Below are positions 43,230-59,000 of a stretch of 64,000 bases of DNA, piece after piece. The stretch covers positions 108,872,001 through 108,936,000 of the forward strand of contig OX597821.1 of assembly GCA_951406725.2 (NCBI GenBank). The letters are read 5' to 3'. Every line of letters starts with the position of its first letter. The stretch's first letter is position 1. A model generated the notes under the pieces. The model did not search any database and was not told the DNA's origin. It was given only the letters and a program-made list of their open reading frames with translations. Source of the DNA: Octopus vulgaris (lineage: Eukaryota). The translations under genes and the position numbers were made by a program.

Positions 43230-44578
<1,349 letters not shown>

Positions 44579-44895
44579 CAGCAATAGGTGTTGGTTGGTA
44601 CCTAATTCAGATATCAGGGAACCCAGTGATGTATAATAACATCAGATAACGTTCAAGTGGTTGAGCACTCCACAGAAGTATGTACCTTTTCACATACTTC
44701 TCAAGGAGATTCAGTGTGACGAGGCTGACCCTTTTTTGAAATACAGGTACTTCTCATTTTCGTTTTTGTCAGCTAAGTGGACTGGAGAACTGTGAAATAA
44801 AGTGTCTTGATATCAAGGACACAACACGCTGCCAAGAATCGAACTCGCCACCCTACGATCGCGAGCTGAATACCCTAACCACTAAGCCACACGCC

Positions 44896-44928
<33 letters not shown>

Positions 44929-45541
44929 ATATATATACATACATACATACATACATACACATGTGTATATGGGCTTGTGTATATATATGAATTGGATATA
45001 TATATAATATCAAAATGTACATATACATACATACGCAAACAGTTACATACATGTATGAATATATACATACATACATACATATATATATATATATATCATG
45101 TGGATCATTATTGTGAAAACAGAAATAATTGGAGTTTTTTTTTTTTTTTTCATTATTTCAAGAATATGAAGACAGCTTAAGCCATAACCTTAAGTCAACA
45201 GACAAACAACCAATAAATCGGCTAGGATAATCCTCGATTATCGATGAACTTCACCGCCATTTCTGTAATAACCTATGTCTTAAAATAAAAACACCAGCAA
45301 TGCAAAAATACAAAACAAAAATGTAAGAAAAAAAGTGACATTTCATTAAAATAAGAAATTCTGAGAGGGTAACAGCTGTTAACATATGTCCGCTTCCTTT
45401 ATCACCTTCCATGAATATCAAATTATCTGTCAGTACTTATCATTAAAAGACTCCATTATACAGTTTCACGTTACGAAATAGGTTGGTAGTAGTTGAAATA
45501 CTTTTCGTATTAATGAAATAAAATGCATCTGTGAATTTTAT

Positions 45542-45751
45542 TCTCTTTTATTCTTTTACTGGTTTCAGTCATTTGACAGTAACCATGCTGGAGCACCACC
45601 TTTAGTCGAGAACAAATCGACCCCAGAACTTATTCTTTCTAAAGCCTAGTACTTAGCTGTTCGGCAAAAGAGACCGATAGAATAAGTTACAGAGATATAA
45701 ACACACCAGCATCGGTTGTCAAGCGATGTTGAGGGGACAGAGACACACAAA

Positions 45752-45808
<57 letters not shown>

Positions 45809-45978
45809 TTATATATATATAATATACGACGGACTTCTTTCAGTTTCCGTCTACTAAATCCACTCACAAGGCTTTGATCGGCCCGAGGTTATAGTAGAAG
45901 ACACTTGCCCAAGGTGCCACGCAGTGGGACTGAACCCGGAACCATGTGCTTGGTAAGCAAGCTGCTTACCACACAGCC
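45542..45978 (-). mobile_element. SINE family A copy
   Basis: Reverse complement of the family A consensus. Confidence 0.8.
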
Positions 45979-46393
45979 TGGACAATAATTGTTAATTATT
46001 AATAATAAATAAATCATGTTGGTTTCGTTTCGTTTTATTTTCCTTAAGATTCAGATTTTGTTTTATTTTGAGGTTTCATTATTTTTTTTCCCGGTGTGTG
46101 TGGGGGTGGCGGGAAAGTTTTATTTTGGGAAGTTAATTGTAAAGGTCAGTCCATTGGTTTTTAATGGCCATGGCGCTGTTGCTGATTTTTTTTTTTTTTT
46201 TTGTTATGCCGTCTTTCTTTTGATCCAAACATGCTGTTAATATCCCAGGCGATTCTGTCTTCCAATTTATTCCATATTGATACTACAACTACAACTACTA
46301 ACAACAACAACAATAATAATAATATTACTGTTGCTGCTTGTACTGTTGCTGCTACTACAACCACTAGTACCGCTGCTCTGGCTGCTGCAGCTT

Positions 46394-46460
<67 letters not shown>

Positions 46461-46667
46461 AGCTGCTGCAGTTATTGTTGCTCTCTTTCTCTCTCACTAT
46501 CAATTTATACCTCTATTCTATTTTCCTTTTGTCATCTCTTCTTTGCCTCCCTCTCTCTCTCTCTCTCTTCCTCTATCTGCATATCTATCTATCTATCTAT
46601 CTATCTATATGTTGCTCTTTCTTTACTTCTCTCTCCGCTATTTTTACTTCTCTTCGTCTTCATTGTT

Positions 46668-46717
<50 letters not shown>

Positions 46718-47353
46718 ACAGTTAAGTTTTTCTTTCTTCTCTCCTTATTTACCTCTCTTTGACTATGACTCTTAGCTCTAAATGTCTCTCTGCTCTCCTA
46801 GTCTTGTCTTCCTCTTCTCTCTCTTTCGGCGGAATTTGAACTCAGAACGTAGGGGCAGACGAGATACCTCTAAGCATTTCGCCCGGTATGCTCTTGCTTT
46901 GTATTCACTCCTCGTTGCGACGCCATCACGACACGCGGCGTGTTATCAGCAGTGATTATCTCCATCCAGGTTTGACTAAACCCGATTTCTTCTGGTGAAA
47001 ACGAGAAATACAATGAAAAGAAGACACATACAAGCTGAGGAATGAAACAGAGAAATATATAGAGAGAGAAGGAGCAACGTTGTCCTTTTAAGACTGATCT
47101 CAACCCATTGGGTATTCCGGCCAGCTTATATCTTAAATTGCAAAAGTTCATAGGGAACATTAGTATTGATTTCGCGTTTAACGTAAGGACAGAAAGGGCT
47201 ATGGGCAATGCCACTTCTTTCAGACCCAAACCCAGCTAGTTTATATATGTATATATATATGTGTATATGTGTGTGTGTATCTATCAATATATGTGTGTAT
47301 GTTTGTGGTTGTTTGTATGTATGTATATATAACATTGTATATATATATATAAC

Positions 47354-47432
<79 letters not shown>

Positions 47433-48634
47433 AGAAACTCGTTTTGCCACCACTTGATTTCCGGTTCGGTCCCTCTCCACAGCACCTCCGCATGTACTTT
47501 TTACTCTAGCTTCGAACCAACCAATGCCTTCTTAGTCGACGAAAATGAGTGGATCGATGAAATTGCCAAAATTTGAAGCATTAAAAAAAAAAAACATTTT
47601 GAATCGGCCTCTATGCAACTTAAGGGTTTCGTGAACTCGTCTTAAGACCATTGGACTCGTTGGAATCGAGTTACCTGCAGCCGAATCAAACAGATTTACA
47701 TAAAATGTGTGTGTGTGTATAACGTTTCCACACACTTTGCGTTTATGAAAAGATAATGTAACCCATTCCTTTTTTTTTTTTTTCCTTTTTTTTTTACTTT
47801 CAATGATGACAGAAAAATGGCGTACGTAACACTCATGCTTTTCCCAAGAGAGTTATCCACGAAACCAAAGTATGAAATTTCAAATCTAAGACATAGCACG
47901 TGAATTATAAATTCAGTTACGTCTACGAGCAATTGTGTTCCAGACTCTCTTGAGTGCACCATGTATAAATGTTAAAATATGACATACAAAAATATAATTA
48001 ATTCTATACATTATAAATTACTAATTTATTTGCTTGTCTAGACAAGAATTTATTGTTTATTTGGTTAGTTGTTTTTGGTTGGTTTGCATCTTGTTATTAT
48101 CGTTATTGCGGTAGTTGATGCTTCAATTATATTAATGGTTAAGAATGGTTTCTCAGATTTTATTTGTAATATCGTAGTGAGAAATAGAAAACCAATGTAC
48201 GATCAAAAGGCCAACGTCGTAATATGGTGGAGCATAAAGTTCAAGACCTTATTACACTTAATTTCGTTTACTCTTTGGTAAACTTAGACCAAATTAAAGA
48301 TAATAATTCATCTGGTTTTAAATGTTAAATTTATTTACGTATTTTTTTTCGTTGTTTTTAATTGAGAAATTTACTAATTAAAGTGGTTATAAAATTGTGA
48401 AGGTAATTTGAACGCTACAATGAAATTTGATTATAATTATTATTACTAATTACAGAGCATTAATAAAATTAATCCTAACATATATCACTTGATAAGGGGA
48501 TTTCTCAGTGAGTGTGTGCGTATGTGTGTGTTGAGTTATTATTTTTTTATCTTGCTTTCTATTTTTTTCTTTTTCTTACTGTATATGGAATATAAGCTTT
48601 CATGCAAAATAATAAATATGCATACATACATACA

Positions 48635-48702
<68 letters not shown>

Positions 48703-48983
48703 CGTGATCGACCAGGCTATCAGATGTTGGTATATATCGCTAGTCACGCGCTTCGCATTGTTTTAGCCTTTAAATGACGCCACCCCGCTGGCTAAGCGAG
48801 CTGGTCCAACAGAAGAAAGAGCGAGAGAATGTTGTTGCGAAAGGGTAAATCAGGGATCACCTCCACTCCCTGCCGGAAGCCTCGTAGAGCTTTAGGTGTC
48901 TTCGCTCAATAAACACTCACAACACCCGGTCTGGGAATCGAAACCGCGAGTCTGCTACCCTAACCACTGGGCCATTGCGCCTC

Positions 48984-49037
<54 letters not shown>

Positions 49038-49269
49038 ATACAAGTAATGAGAGAGTCCACATGTGGTCACTCTAACGCTAGATATAGATGCACGAAGGGA
49101 ATCTACCACTAAAGAAATGTTCTCAAGAATTAATTCAACGCGCCAAGAATGTAAGCGAGCAGGAGAAGTGAAAAATAACGAAAAAATAGTGGTAGATTCC
49201 CTTCGTGCATCTATATCTAGCGTTAGAGTGACCACATGTGGACTCTCTCTCATTACTTGTATATATATG

Positions 49270-49354
<85 letters not shown>

Positions 49355-49393
49355 CTAGTTTCAGCTTATGAGCTGTGGCCATGCTGGGGCACC

Positions 49394-49426
<33 letters not shown>

Positions 49427-49428
<2 letters not shown>

Positions 49429-49596
49429 GCAGGAGTGGCTGTGTGGTAAGTAGCTTGCTAACCAACCACATGGTTCCGGGTTCAGTCCCACTGCGTGGCA
49501 TCTTGAGCAAGTGTCTTCTGCTATGGCCCCGGGCCGACCAATACCTTCTGAGTGGATTTGGTAGACGGAAACTGAAAGAAGCCTGTCGTATATATG

Positions 49597-49631
<35 letters not shown>

Positions 49632-49857
49632 GTTTGTGTGTCTGTTTTTGTCCCCCTAGCATTGCTTGACAACCGATGTTGGTGTGTTTACGTCCCCGTC
49701 ACCTAGCGGTTCGGCAAAGAGACCGATAGAATAAGTACTGGGCTTACAAAAGAATAAGTCCCGGGGTCGATTTTCTCGACTGAAGGCGGTGCTCCAGCAT
49801 GGCCGCAGTCAAATGACTGAAACAAGTAAAAGAGTAAAAGAGTAAGAGTAAAGAGTA
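49427..49857 (+). mobile_element. SINE family A copy
   Basis: Near-identical to 50505-50910. Confidence 0.85.
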
Positions 49858-50504
49858 TATATATATATGTGCATACATACATACATGCAATTAGAAAATG
49901 GAGAAAACCTCTGATTAACCAAAAAAAAAAATCAATTAGGCGACATCTGTAGCTTATTATTTCATACAAAACAAGACATAACTGTTATGTGTGTTGTGTC
50001 ACATAAATGTTATGTCATGTTTTGTATTAGATAATAAGCTACAGATGTCTCCCAATTGATTTGTTTGTGGATCTGAGGTTTTCTCCATTTTCTGATTATA
50101 TTTGATTCCTTATCAAATTTTGTTTATTCTATTGTTACCAGAACTCTACGAGCATAGCACGCTTGCATACCTCTGCCCAAAGATAACACGGGTAATTGAT
50201 ATTGATAGTATATACGAATATTTTATCCCTTAGTCGATTATTATAACCGCTAACTCAGCTTACCTTACATGCATATATATGTGTGTATATGTATGTATGC
50301 ATGCATGTATGTATAAAGAATTTAGAGACAAACCGCTATTAAGTTATTCCATCAATTGTGAAAAGATATTATCTATAATAACCACATAGAAATTAATTAG
50401 ATATCTTATAATTATTATTCTAAAAATCTCATAGCAAATCAAACATTATATTGAATTTTTTTCCCCTGTTAGCTTGGAATTATTACATTCCCTAATTATT
50501 AATT

Positions 50505-50910
50505 AGGCGCAGGAGTGGCTCTGTGGTAAGTAGCTTGCTAACCAACCACATGGTTCCGGGTTCAGTCCCACTGCGTGGCATCTTGGGCAAGTGTCTTCTG
50601 CTATAGCCCCGGGCCGACCAATGCCTTGTGAGTGGATTTGGTAGACGGAAACTGAAAGAAGCCTGTCGTATATATGTATATATATGTGTGTATGTGTGTT
50701 TGTGTGTCTGTGTTTCTCTCCCTAGCATTGCTTGACAACCGATGCTGGTGTGTTTATGTCCCCGTCACTTAGCGGTTCGGCAAAAGAGACCGATAGAATA
50801 AGTACTGGGCTTACAAAGAATAAGTCCCGGGGTCGATTTGCTCGACTAAAGGTGGTGCTCCAGCATGGCCGCAGTCAAATGACTGAAACAAGTAAAAGAG
50901 TAAAAGAGTA
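50505..50910 (+). mobile_element. tRNA-derived SINE family A (internal TG microsatellite, gtaaaaga tail)
   Basis: A box tggctctgtgg and B box ggttcagtccc. Further copies at ~2222-3100, 9652-9980, 10694-11094, 18310-18735, 36407-36880 and 49427-49857 (+), and 18760-19880, 45542-45978 and 56786-57134 (-). Confidence 0.85.
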
Positions 50911-52206
50911 TATCAGAATACAAAAAATGGGACAAGAACGCAAAAGATCCAGAGTTGGATGATACAAAAATGGACAACAAAACTTCTTGACAGATGATAC
51001 AAAAGGACAAGAAAAAACAAGGATGGGTCATTCGGAGTTTTCTTTCTTCAGTCGAGTCCCAGATTATGTTTGCAGTTTTGGCTGGTTACACTCGAGACTG
51101 CTCCAGTCTGGCCAGCCCCAAGGAAAATCAAAGAGCTCTAGTTCCCTTGGAAGAAAGCAGCGAATGTACACAAAAATAAGGACGGCAAAAAACGGAGAAG
51201 TGATACACAAATACAAATGAAAACAACAAGACATTAACAACAGGTGTCTTTCGACTAAGGACGAATGAAATTCAGCTGGCGTGTCTGGAAGTGAAGCCTT
51301 ACGGCGGGGACATAAGATTTCACAGGCACAGGGAGGAATATAGATGTTGCAAGGATGGTATTCGAACAAAGAAAGAAAGGTCAAGCTTGGCCGAACACCG
51401 GTCACGTGGAAGAAGATGAGAGAGGAAGAGGCAGAGGGATAGAAGAATTATGGAGGGACAAGAAAAAGAGAAGATACAGAGTAAAGTGAAAGAAGAGGGA
51501 AGGTGAGAACGAAGAGAAAGCCAGGAAATGTGAGAGAGGGGGAACGAAAGAAAGAACGAAGTAAATGTAAAGGGGCTTATAGAAAGAAAGAAACAAAGAA
51601 TGAAATAAGAGATTCGTACAATATATATATATATGTACTTACATATAAGAGACCAAAGTGTACGTACGCCGCTGTATATCCATACATAGATCCATACATA
51701 AATATATTCATATGTATATATGCACACACACACACACACGCACACACACAGATAAAATCTTCCCTCTCTCCCTTTCTCTCTCTCACTCACTCTCTGTCTC
51801 TCTGCCGTTCTCTCTCTATGATTCTCTCTACCTATAAATAATTATTTTATGCTTTTACTTGCTTCAGTCATTGGAGAGCGACCATGCTGGAGCGTGAACT
51901 TGAAGAGTTCAGACAAACGATTGAACCTTTTAGATAGTTCTAGTCTGTAACTTTAATAATCTCTTTTTGCTAAAGCGCTAAGTTAGGAGGACATGAAGGA
52001 ATAAACACTGTGTAACCATGTATGCTTTTGTTACTTCCGCCGCTTCACAACCAAACACAGTCTCACGCGTATACACTCATACAATCATATGTGTATATAT
52101 ATATATATAGCTAGATATGTCTATATATGTGTATATATATATATGTATGTGTACATATATGCATGTGTTTGTGTGTGCATCTATACATATGTGTGTGCAT
52201 ATACAA

Positions 52207-52256
<50 letters not shown>

Positions 52257-52530
52257 CAGAAACGTTGGATTATATCTCGTGAGCGAGCCGTCGTTTCTTT
52301 CCCACACATCTAGAAGGTTTGCACATGTGTGTAATTACATCGGTGGTGGTGGTGGTGGTGTGTGTGTGTGTGTGTACATAGAGACACGGAAAGAAAGGAA
52401 AGAGAATCAATGAGAGAGAGAGACGGAAAAGATAGAGAGAGAGAGATGCATAAATAGATGTAGGCAACTTAATACATATTTTTTAAGAAAAAAAAAATAT
52501 ATATATTACAAGTACAAACACACACACACA

Positions 52531-52571
<41 letters not shown>

Positions 52572-52714
52572 CAGAAACACAGAGTAGGTAAAACAATAGA
52601 CAGATGCATAGATACATAGGTATGTAGAAAGCGAGATGACAGATCGATAGCTAGTTAAGATAGGGACAGACAGAAGACAGACAGACGAACAGAGACAGAC
52701 AGGCAGATACACAG

Positions 52715-52992
<278 letters not shown>

Positions 52993-53763
52993 GCGTCAAT
53001 TTCTGCCTGTGTGGTTGTATTCTTGAATATCTATGTCTATGCGCATGTGTTTGCTTCTGTGTTCGTGTGCATATATCTACGTCTATATCTATGTGTGTGC
53101 ATGTATATAATATATATATATGTGTGTGTATATGGGTATACATCTGCTGATGTGTGTCTGTGTGTGTGTGTTTGTGTGCTTCTATAATTTACTCAAAACT
53201 TCAAATGGTGTTATATTTGTCTGAGAAATCTATTAAAATTGACCTACAAATAAGAAAACGTACACACTCACACAAATGCACACAGTAACATATATATATA
53301 TATATAAACACAAACAGCCAGGCATACGCACCACACACACACACAGACACAAACAGATACAAATGCACGCTTACGCGCAGTGGTGTGAAGTAATGAGTGA
53401 AGTAATGAGGGAAATGTTTGCTGTTGTTTTTATATTTTTTTTGTGTGTGTGTGAATGTAGTTATTTTGGTTTTACTGTTTTTGTCTTATTTTTCCTGTTG
53501 ACAAACTTGAAAAGCATCAATTTAGCGTATGCGCATGCGTTACACTGTTATCTGAGCAGGCTCTGCACTTCATCGTATTGCAGTGAGAAACATGAGGAAG
53601 CCACATAAAAACGTATCTGACTGCGGTTTGTGTCAAATAAATGGGAAACTTGTTTGAGGAGCTTAAGTCGTCGTCTGGCGATACGGTTTCGATTCCTTTT
53701 TGGAAGAAAAACTGACAATGCGAATTTGTTTATTTTGGACGACAGGCTCTCATATGCTGAAGC

Positions 53764-54146
53764 GGAGGCGCAATGGCCCAGTGGTTAGGGCAGCGGACTC
53801 GCGGTCGTAGGATCGCGGTTTCGATTCCCAGACAGGGCGTTGTGAGTGTTTATTGAGCGAAAACACCTAAAAAGCTCCACGAGGCTCCGGCAGGGATGGT
53901 AGTGATCCCTGCTGTACTCTTTCACCACAACTTTCTCTCACTCTTACTTCCTGTTTCTGTTGTACCTGTATTTCAAAGGGCCACCCTTGTCACTCTCTGT
54001 GTCACGCTGAAGATCCCCGAGAACTACGTTAAGGGTACACGTGTCTGTGGAGTGCTCAGCCACTTACACGTTAATTTCACGAGCAGGCTGTTCCGTTGAT
54101 CGGATCAACCGGAACTCTCGTCGTCGTAACCGACGGAGTGCTTCCA
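53764..54146 (+). mobile_element. tRNA-derived SINE family C
   Basis: A box tggcccagtgg and B box ggtttcgattccc. Related heads or tails at ~35785-36080, 36950-37250 and 59381-59760 (+), and 40868-41183, 44645-44898 and 48700-48985 (-). Confidence 0.8.
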
Positions 54147-54232
54147 TTCCATATGCTGAAGCAGTTTCGATTATTTGGAGGATAAGTTATCATCTGGCAG
54201 GGCGGTTTCGATTCTTTTGGAGGATAAGTTAT

Positions 54233-54836
54233 GGATCTTTACCTTTTGACCTACAGATTTAAAAAATAATTTTTTGTAACTAAACACTTTAAAACTTCGA
54301 ACACTGCTAAGAGTAAAACATGTTTTATATGACACATTCTACCATTTTTGAGAAAAACTTATATTTACGAAGATATTTCACCTTAAAAGTTCTCGTATTT
54401 CGGTAATTTCAACCAATCAATGACGTGTATTCAGCTGAATAAAATTAGCGCCGTTGTTTGTCAACAACAACTATCGGCGGTGTATTTTTCGTTTGTCATT
54501 GTTATTTATGACATCGTTCGTGTGTTTGTACTGATTTTAAGATTTTAGGGTTGGGGCTGTCATAAATAACAGTGACAAACGAAAAATACACCGCCGATAG
54601 TTGTTGTTGACAAACAACGTCAGTAATTTTATTCAACTGAATACACGTCATTGATTGGTTGAAATTATCGAAATACGAGAAATTGAAGGTGAAATATCTT
54701 CGTAAATATAAGTTTTTTTTTCTCAAAAAAGAGTAAAACGTGTTTTATATGACACATTCTACCAGTGTCCGAAGTTTGAAAGTGTTTAGTTACAAAAGAA
54801 AAAATTTTTTTTCTGTAAGTGAAAAGGTAAAAATCC
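54233..54836. mobile_element. Fold-back MITE with ~280-bp arms and agttat TSD
   Basis: Termini ggatctttacctttt / aaaaggtaaaaatcc. agttat at 54227-54232 and 54837-54842 interrupts a local ~41-bp repeat. Confidence 0.75.
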
Positions 54837-55922
54837 AGTTATCATCTGACAGGGCGGTTTCGATTCTTTTGGAGGAGAAAGCTGTTATCTGGTGATGCGT
54901 TTTTGTTCGCTTCGGTGGGAAACTATTTTCTGGCCATGCTGTTTCGTTCCTTCTCTTTCTTCCTTCGCCTTTAGAGTTGTTACAATAACGAAAGCACCAC
55001 ACGTACATATGAATGTAGGATTTCTGTGGAATTGTTCGAAGAGAAGTTCTCTCAAACAATATTGGTTTCAAATTTCAGGCGGCGAGCTGGCAGAAGCGTT
55101 AGCATATCGGACGAAATGTTTAGCAGTTTCATCTGTCTATACATTCTGGATTCAAATTCCGCCGAGGTCGAATTTACCTTTCGGGGTAGTTAGCATATCG
55201 GACGAAATGTTTAGCAGTTTCATCTGTCTATACATTCTGGATTCAAATTCCGCCGAGGTCGAATTTACCTTTCGGGGTAGTTAGCATATCGGACGAAATG
55301 TTTAGCAGTTTCATCTGTCTATACATTCTGGATTCAAATTCCGCCGAGGTCGAATTTGCCTTTCATTCTTTCGGGGTAGTAAGTACCAGTTGCGTACTAG
55401 GGTCGATCTAATCGCCTGGCTCCCTCCCCCAAAAAGTCGGGTCTTGTGCCTAGTGTAGAAAAGAATACTGGCTTCAAATTTAAACAAAGTACCAGCAGTT
55501 ATGAAAAAACTGGATAATATTAAATACCGTTGACCCAAGTAAGTTGCTTGTAGTTTATTTTAAGGATGATGGGGGAATAAATAGCAAAGCTGACCTCGGA
55601 TTAATTTGAACTCAGGTATTTCGTCTGTCTTTACCTTCTATTTCTTTACTAACCACAAGGGGCTACACACAGAGGGGACAAACAAGGACAGACAAACGGA
55701 CTAAGTCGATTATATCGACCCCAGTGCGTAACTGGTACTTATTTAATTGACCCCGAAAGGATTAAAGGCAAAGTCGACGTCGGCGGAATTTGAACTCGGA
55801 ACGTAACGGCAGACGAAATACCTATTTCTTTACTACCCACAAGGGGCTAAACACAGAGAGGACAAACAAGGGCAAACAGACGGATTAAGTCGATTATATC
55901 AACCCCCAGTGCGTAACTGGTG

Positions 55923-56430
55923 CTGAAGTGCGAACAGCTGTGAAGGGAAATCGTCGAATCACCATCCGTAAGTTATCAGAGGATATGCAGATTAGTTACG
56001 GTTCAGTTCAGTCCGTTATCACTGAAGATTTGGGTATGAAACACGGGTCTGCCAAATTTGTGTCAAAACTGCTTCCAGCCAACCAAAAGCACACACGGGT
56101 TTCAGCTGCACAAAATTTTGATTATGTTGTGGACGATGAAAACATTTTGAAACCTTTGCGTAGGCTTCTGAGCAAATATCACCAAGCTTTTAGCAAAATT
56201 TGATGCAGATTCTTTGTTCAACTTTCTCTGTCATTATCAATGCGAGGATCACACGCTACACACCTTCCTTCCAAGCACTGCTGTAAACAGCAGAAGTGAG
56301 CTAGAACGTTAAAACTTAGTGCGCATGCACAGCAGAGTTCAAAGACAGTTTGTGCCATATGACTTTACTCTGCGTACTTTTGCTTCGTTACTATAGCAAC
56401 AGTCCGGATACTTATTGTTCAGCCCAAGTA
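55923..56430 (+). mobile_element. Mariner transposon remnant (transposase HTH fragment and right end)
   Basis: ORF 55928-56203 contains RRITIRKLSE..IS.GSV..I.EDLGM...AKFV.KLL. The region ends ..cagcccaagTA. Confidence 0.7.
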
Positions 56431-56740
56431 TGCATGCATGCATGTATGTATTATGGGAACATGCAATCCCAGAATCAAGACTGCAGAATCGAAGAAATCA
56501 AAACACACTAACAACGGTTCTTTTCTTATACTGAATCCATTCCGCCGAGAGTTTTCTACCAGTAATTTAACATTATATCACCGTGAGGCACTTCAAATCC
56601 CACCAACGCAATTTGCAATGACTTTATCGGGCCTACTGCGTTCTCCATCTTGCCTGTTTATTATTTGCCTCTAACCAGGCCTGCAGGCTGAAAGCTCGCC
56701 ATGACGAATACTTCTTTATTTCTCTCTGTCTCTCTCTCTG

Positions 56741-56771
<31 letters not shown>

Positions 56772-56785
56772 ATCATATATATATT

Positions 56786-57134
56786 ACTCTCTTTTACTCT
56801 CTTTTACTTGTTTCAGTCATTTGACTGCGGCCATGCTGGAGCACCGCCTTTTAGTCGAGCAAATCGACCCCGGGACTTATTCTTTGTAAGCCCAGTACTT
56901 ATTCTATCGGTCTCTTTTGCCGAACCGCTAAGTGACGGGGACGTAAACACACCAGGGCTACAAACACATACACACACACACATATATATATACATATATA
57001 CCACAGGCTTCTTTCAGTTTCCGTCTACCAAATCCACTCACAAGGCATTGGTCGGCCCGGGGCTATATCAGTAGACACTTGCCCAAGGTGCCACGCAGTG
57101 GGACTGAAGCCGGAACCATGTGGTTGGTTAGCAA
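56786..57134 (-). mobile_element. SINE family A copy
   Basis: Reverse complement of the family A consensus. Confidence 0.8.
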
Positions 57135-57385
57135 TATATATTCTGATTATTTATGTATATACATACATGTATGTATGTGTGTGTATATGTATGTATCTGA
57201 TCTTATATATATGTTATTATACATATATATATATGGACATGTATGTGTGTATATATGTATGCACGCATGTACACAGACCCAGACATACACACACATATAA
57301 ATGAAGGTGTATGTGCATGTGTGTGGTATGAAGATGTATATAAATATACAGAAAGACAGACACCCTGTTAGATAGATAGATGTAA

Positions 57386-57434
<49 letters not shown>

Positions 57435-57499
57435 CAAACATACAGATAGATAGATAGACAGACAGGCAAACTGACAGACAGACAGACAGACAGACAGAC

Positions 57500-57538
<39 letters not shown>

Positions 57539-57540
<2 letters not shown>

Positions 57541-57697
57541 TGTTTCTTTATTAGCCACACAGGGCTGCACACAGATAGAACAAATTACAAGGTAGAGCTT
57601 TTCTTTTGAAGGTTTAAGAAAGAAAAAAAAAAAAAAAAAAAAAAAAAGGAAGGGGAGTTTCGATCAAAAGGGATCGTAAAAGGAGAGAAAGAGGACA

Positions 57698-57698
<1 letters not shown>
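57539..57698 (-). mobile_element. Short 3' end of the same Tx1-like LINE, embedded in (GATA)n
   Basis: Near-identical to 28354-28498, with (GATA)n on both sides. Confidence 0.8.
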
Positions 57699-57766
<68 letters not shown>

Positions 57767-57779
57767 CAGACAGACAAGC

Positions 57780-57894
<115 letters not shown>

Positions 57895-58579
57895 CAGATA
57901 GACAGACAGGGAGGAAGGGAGTAGTGTAGATATTGTCAGAAAGCAGGAAATAAAACAGTGGGATCGTATTTTAGAGTTGCGTGGGTCATAGAGATAGACT
58001 GGTTGTGACAGCAACAACAACAACATCAACAGCAAAAACAACGCGTATTGTGTTGCAATCTATAGCGTCAACGACCAATGTGAAATATATGCCGCCGGCA
58101 TAATAATAAAAATATAGAATTGACTGAAGAAATACAAATGGAAAGAACAAAGAATATGGTAAGGCTGGAAGAAAATATCATTACAACAATAAACAATAAT
58201 AAATGTAGAAGCAATATGGGTGAATATAATAGCAACAGCAATGAGGATAACTGCGGCAGTGGCTAGAAGATATACGACCGATGTGTAAGAAACCCGACCA
58301 AGAAAACAAAGCAAGACTTGATGGCGACGATGACGATAAGAAAATAATAACTAAAATGTAAAGAGCAAAATTAAATAAATAAATAAATAAATAAATAAAG
58401 GGGAAATGGTGGAATATGGAAGAAAGCCATGAAATATCAAAGAATAATGGTGTTAGCTGGCAGTTATCAGGTTCTGGTGGCGAGAACCATGTTGTACGGC
58501 TTCTGTTCCAAATGGAAAATGTGTTTTGGAAATCTTATCAACGTCCACAGCTGATATGAGAATACGAGCGACAGCGACG

Positions 58580-59000
58580 ACACCACCGCCAATAACAATA
58601 AAACCACCACCACAAGCACCACCACCACAGCCACCACCACAACCACCACCACCGCAACCACCACCACCACAACCACCACCACAACCACCACCACAACCAC
58701 CACCACCACCACCACCAAAGCCACTACCACCACCAAAGCCACCACCACCACCAAAGCCACCACCAACAACAACACCACCACAACCACCAACAACAACAAC
58801 AACACCACCACAACCACCAACACAAACACCACCACCACAACCACCACCAACAACAACAACACCACTACAACCACAACCACAAACACCACCACCGCCACAA
58901 GCACCACCAACAACAACACCATCACAACCACAAACACCAACAACAACAACAACAACAACACAAACACCACCACAGCCACCACTAACACCACCTCCGCCTT
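58580..59000. repeat. Degenerate (CCA/CAA)n microsatellite
   Basis: Direct reading; source of the Pro-rich and Gly-rich pseudo-ORFs. Confidence 0.85.

Noticed and set aside
53764-53835. tRNA gene-like sequence (also other SINE heads)
   Set aside because: A and B boxes are present but continue into SINE bodies in many diverged copies, with no proper acceptor stem or terminator.
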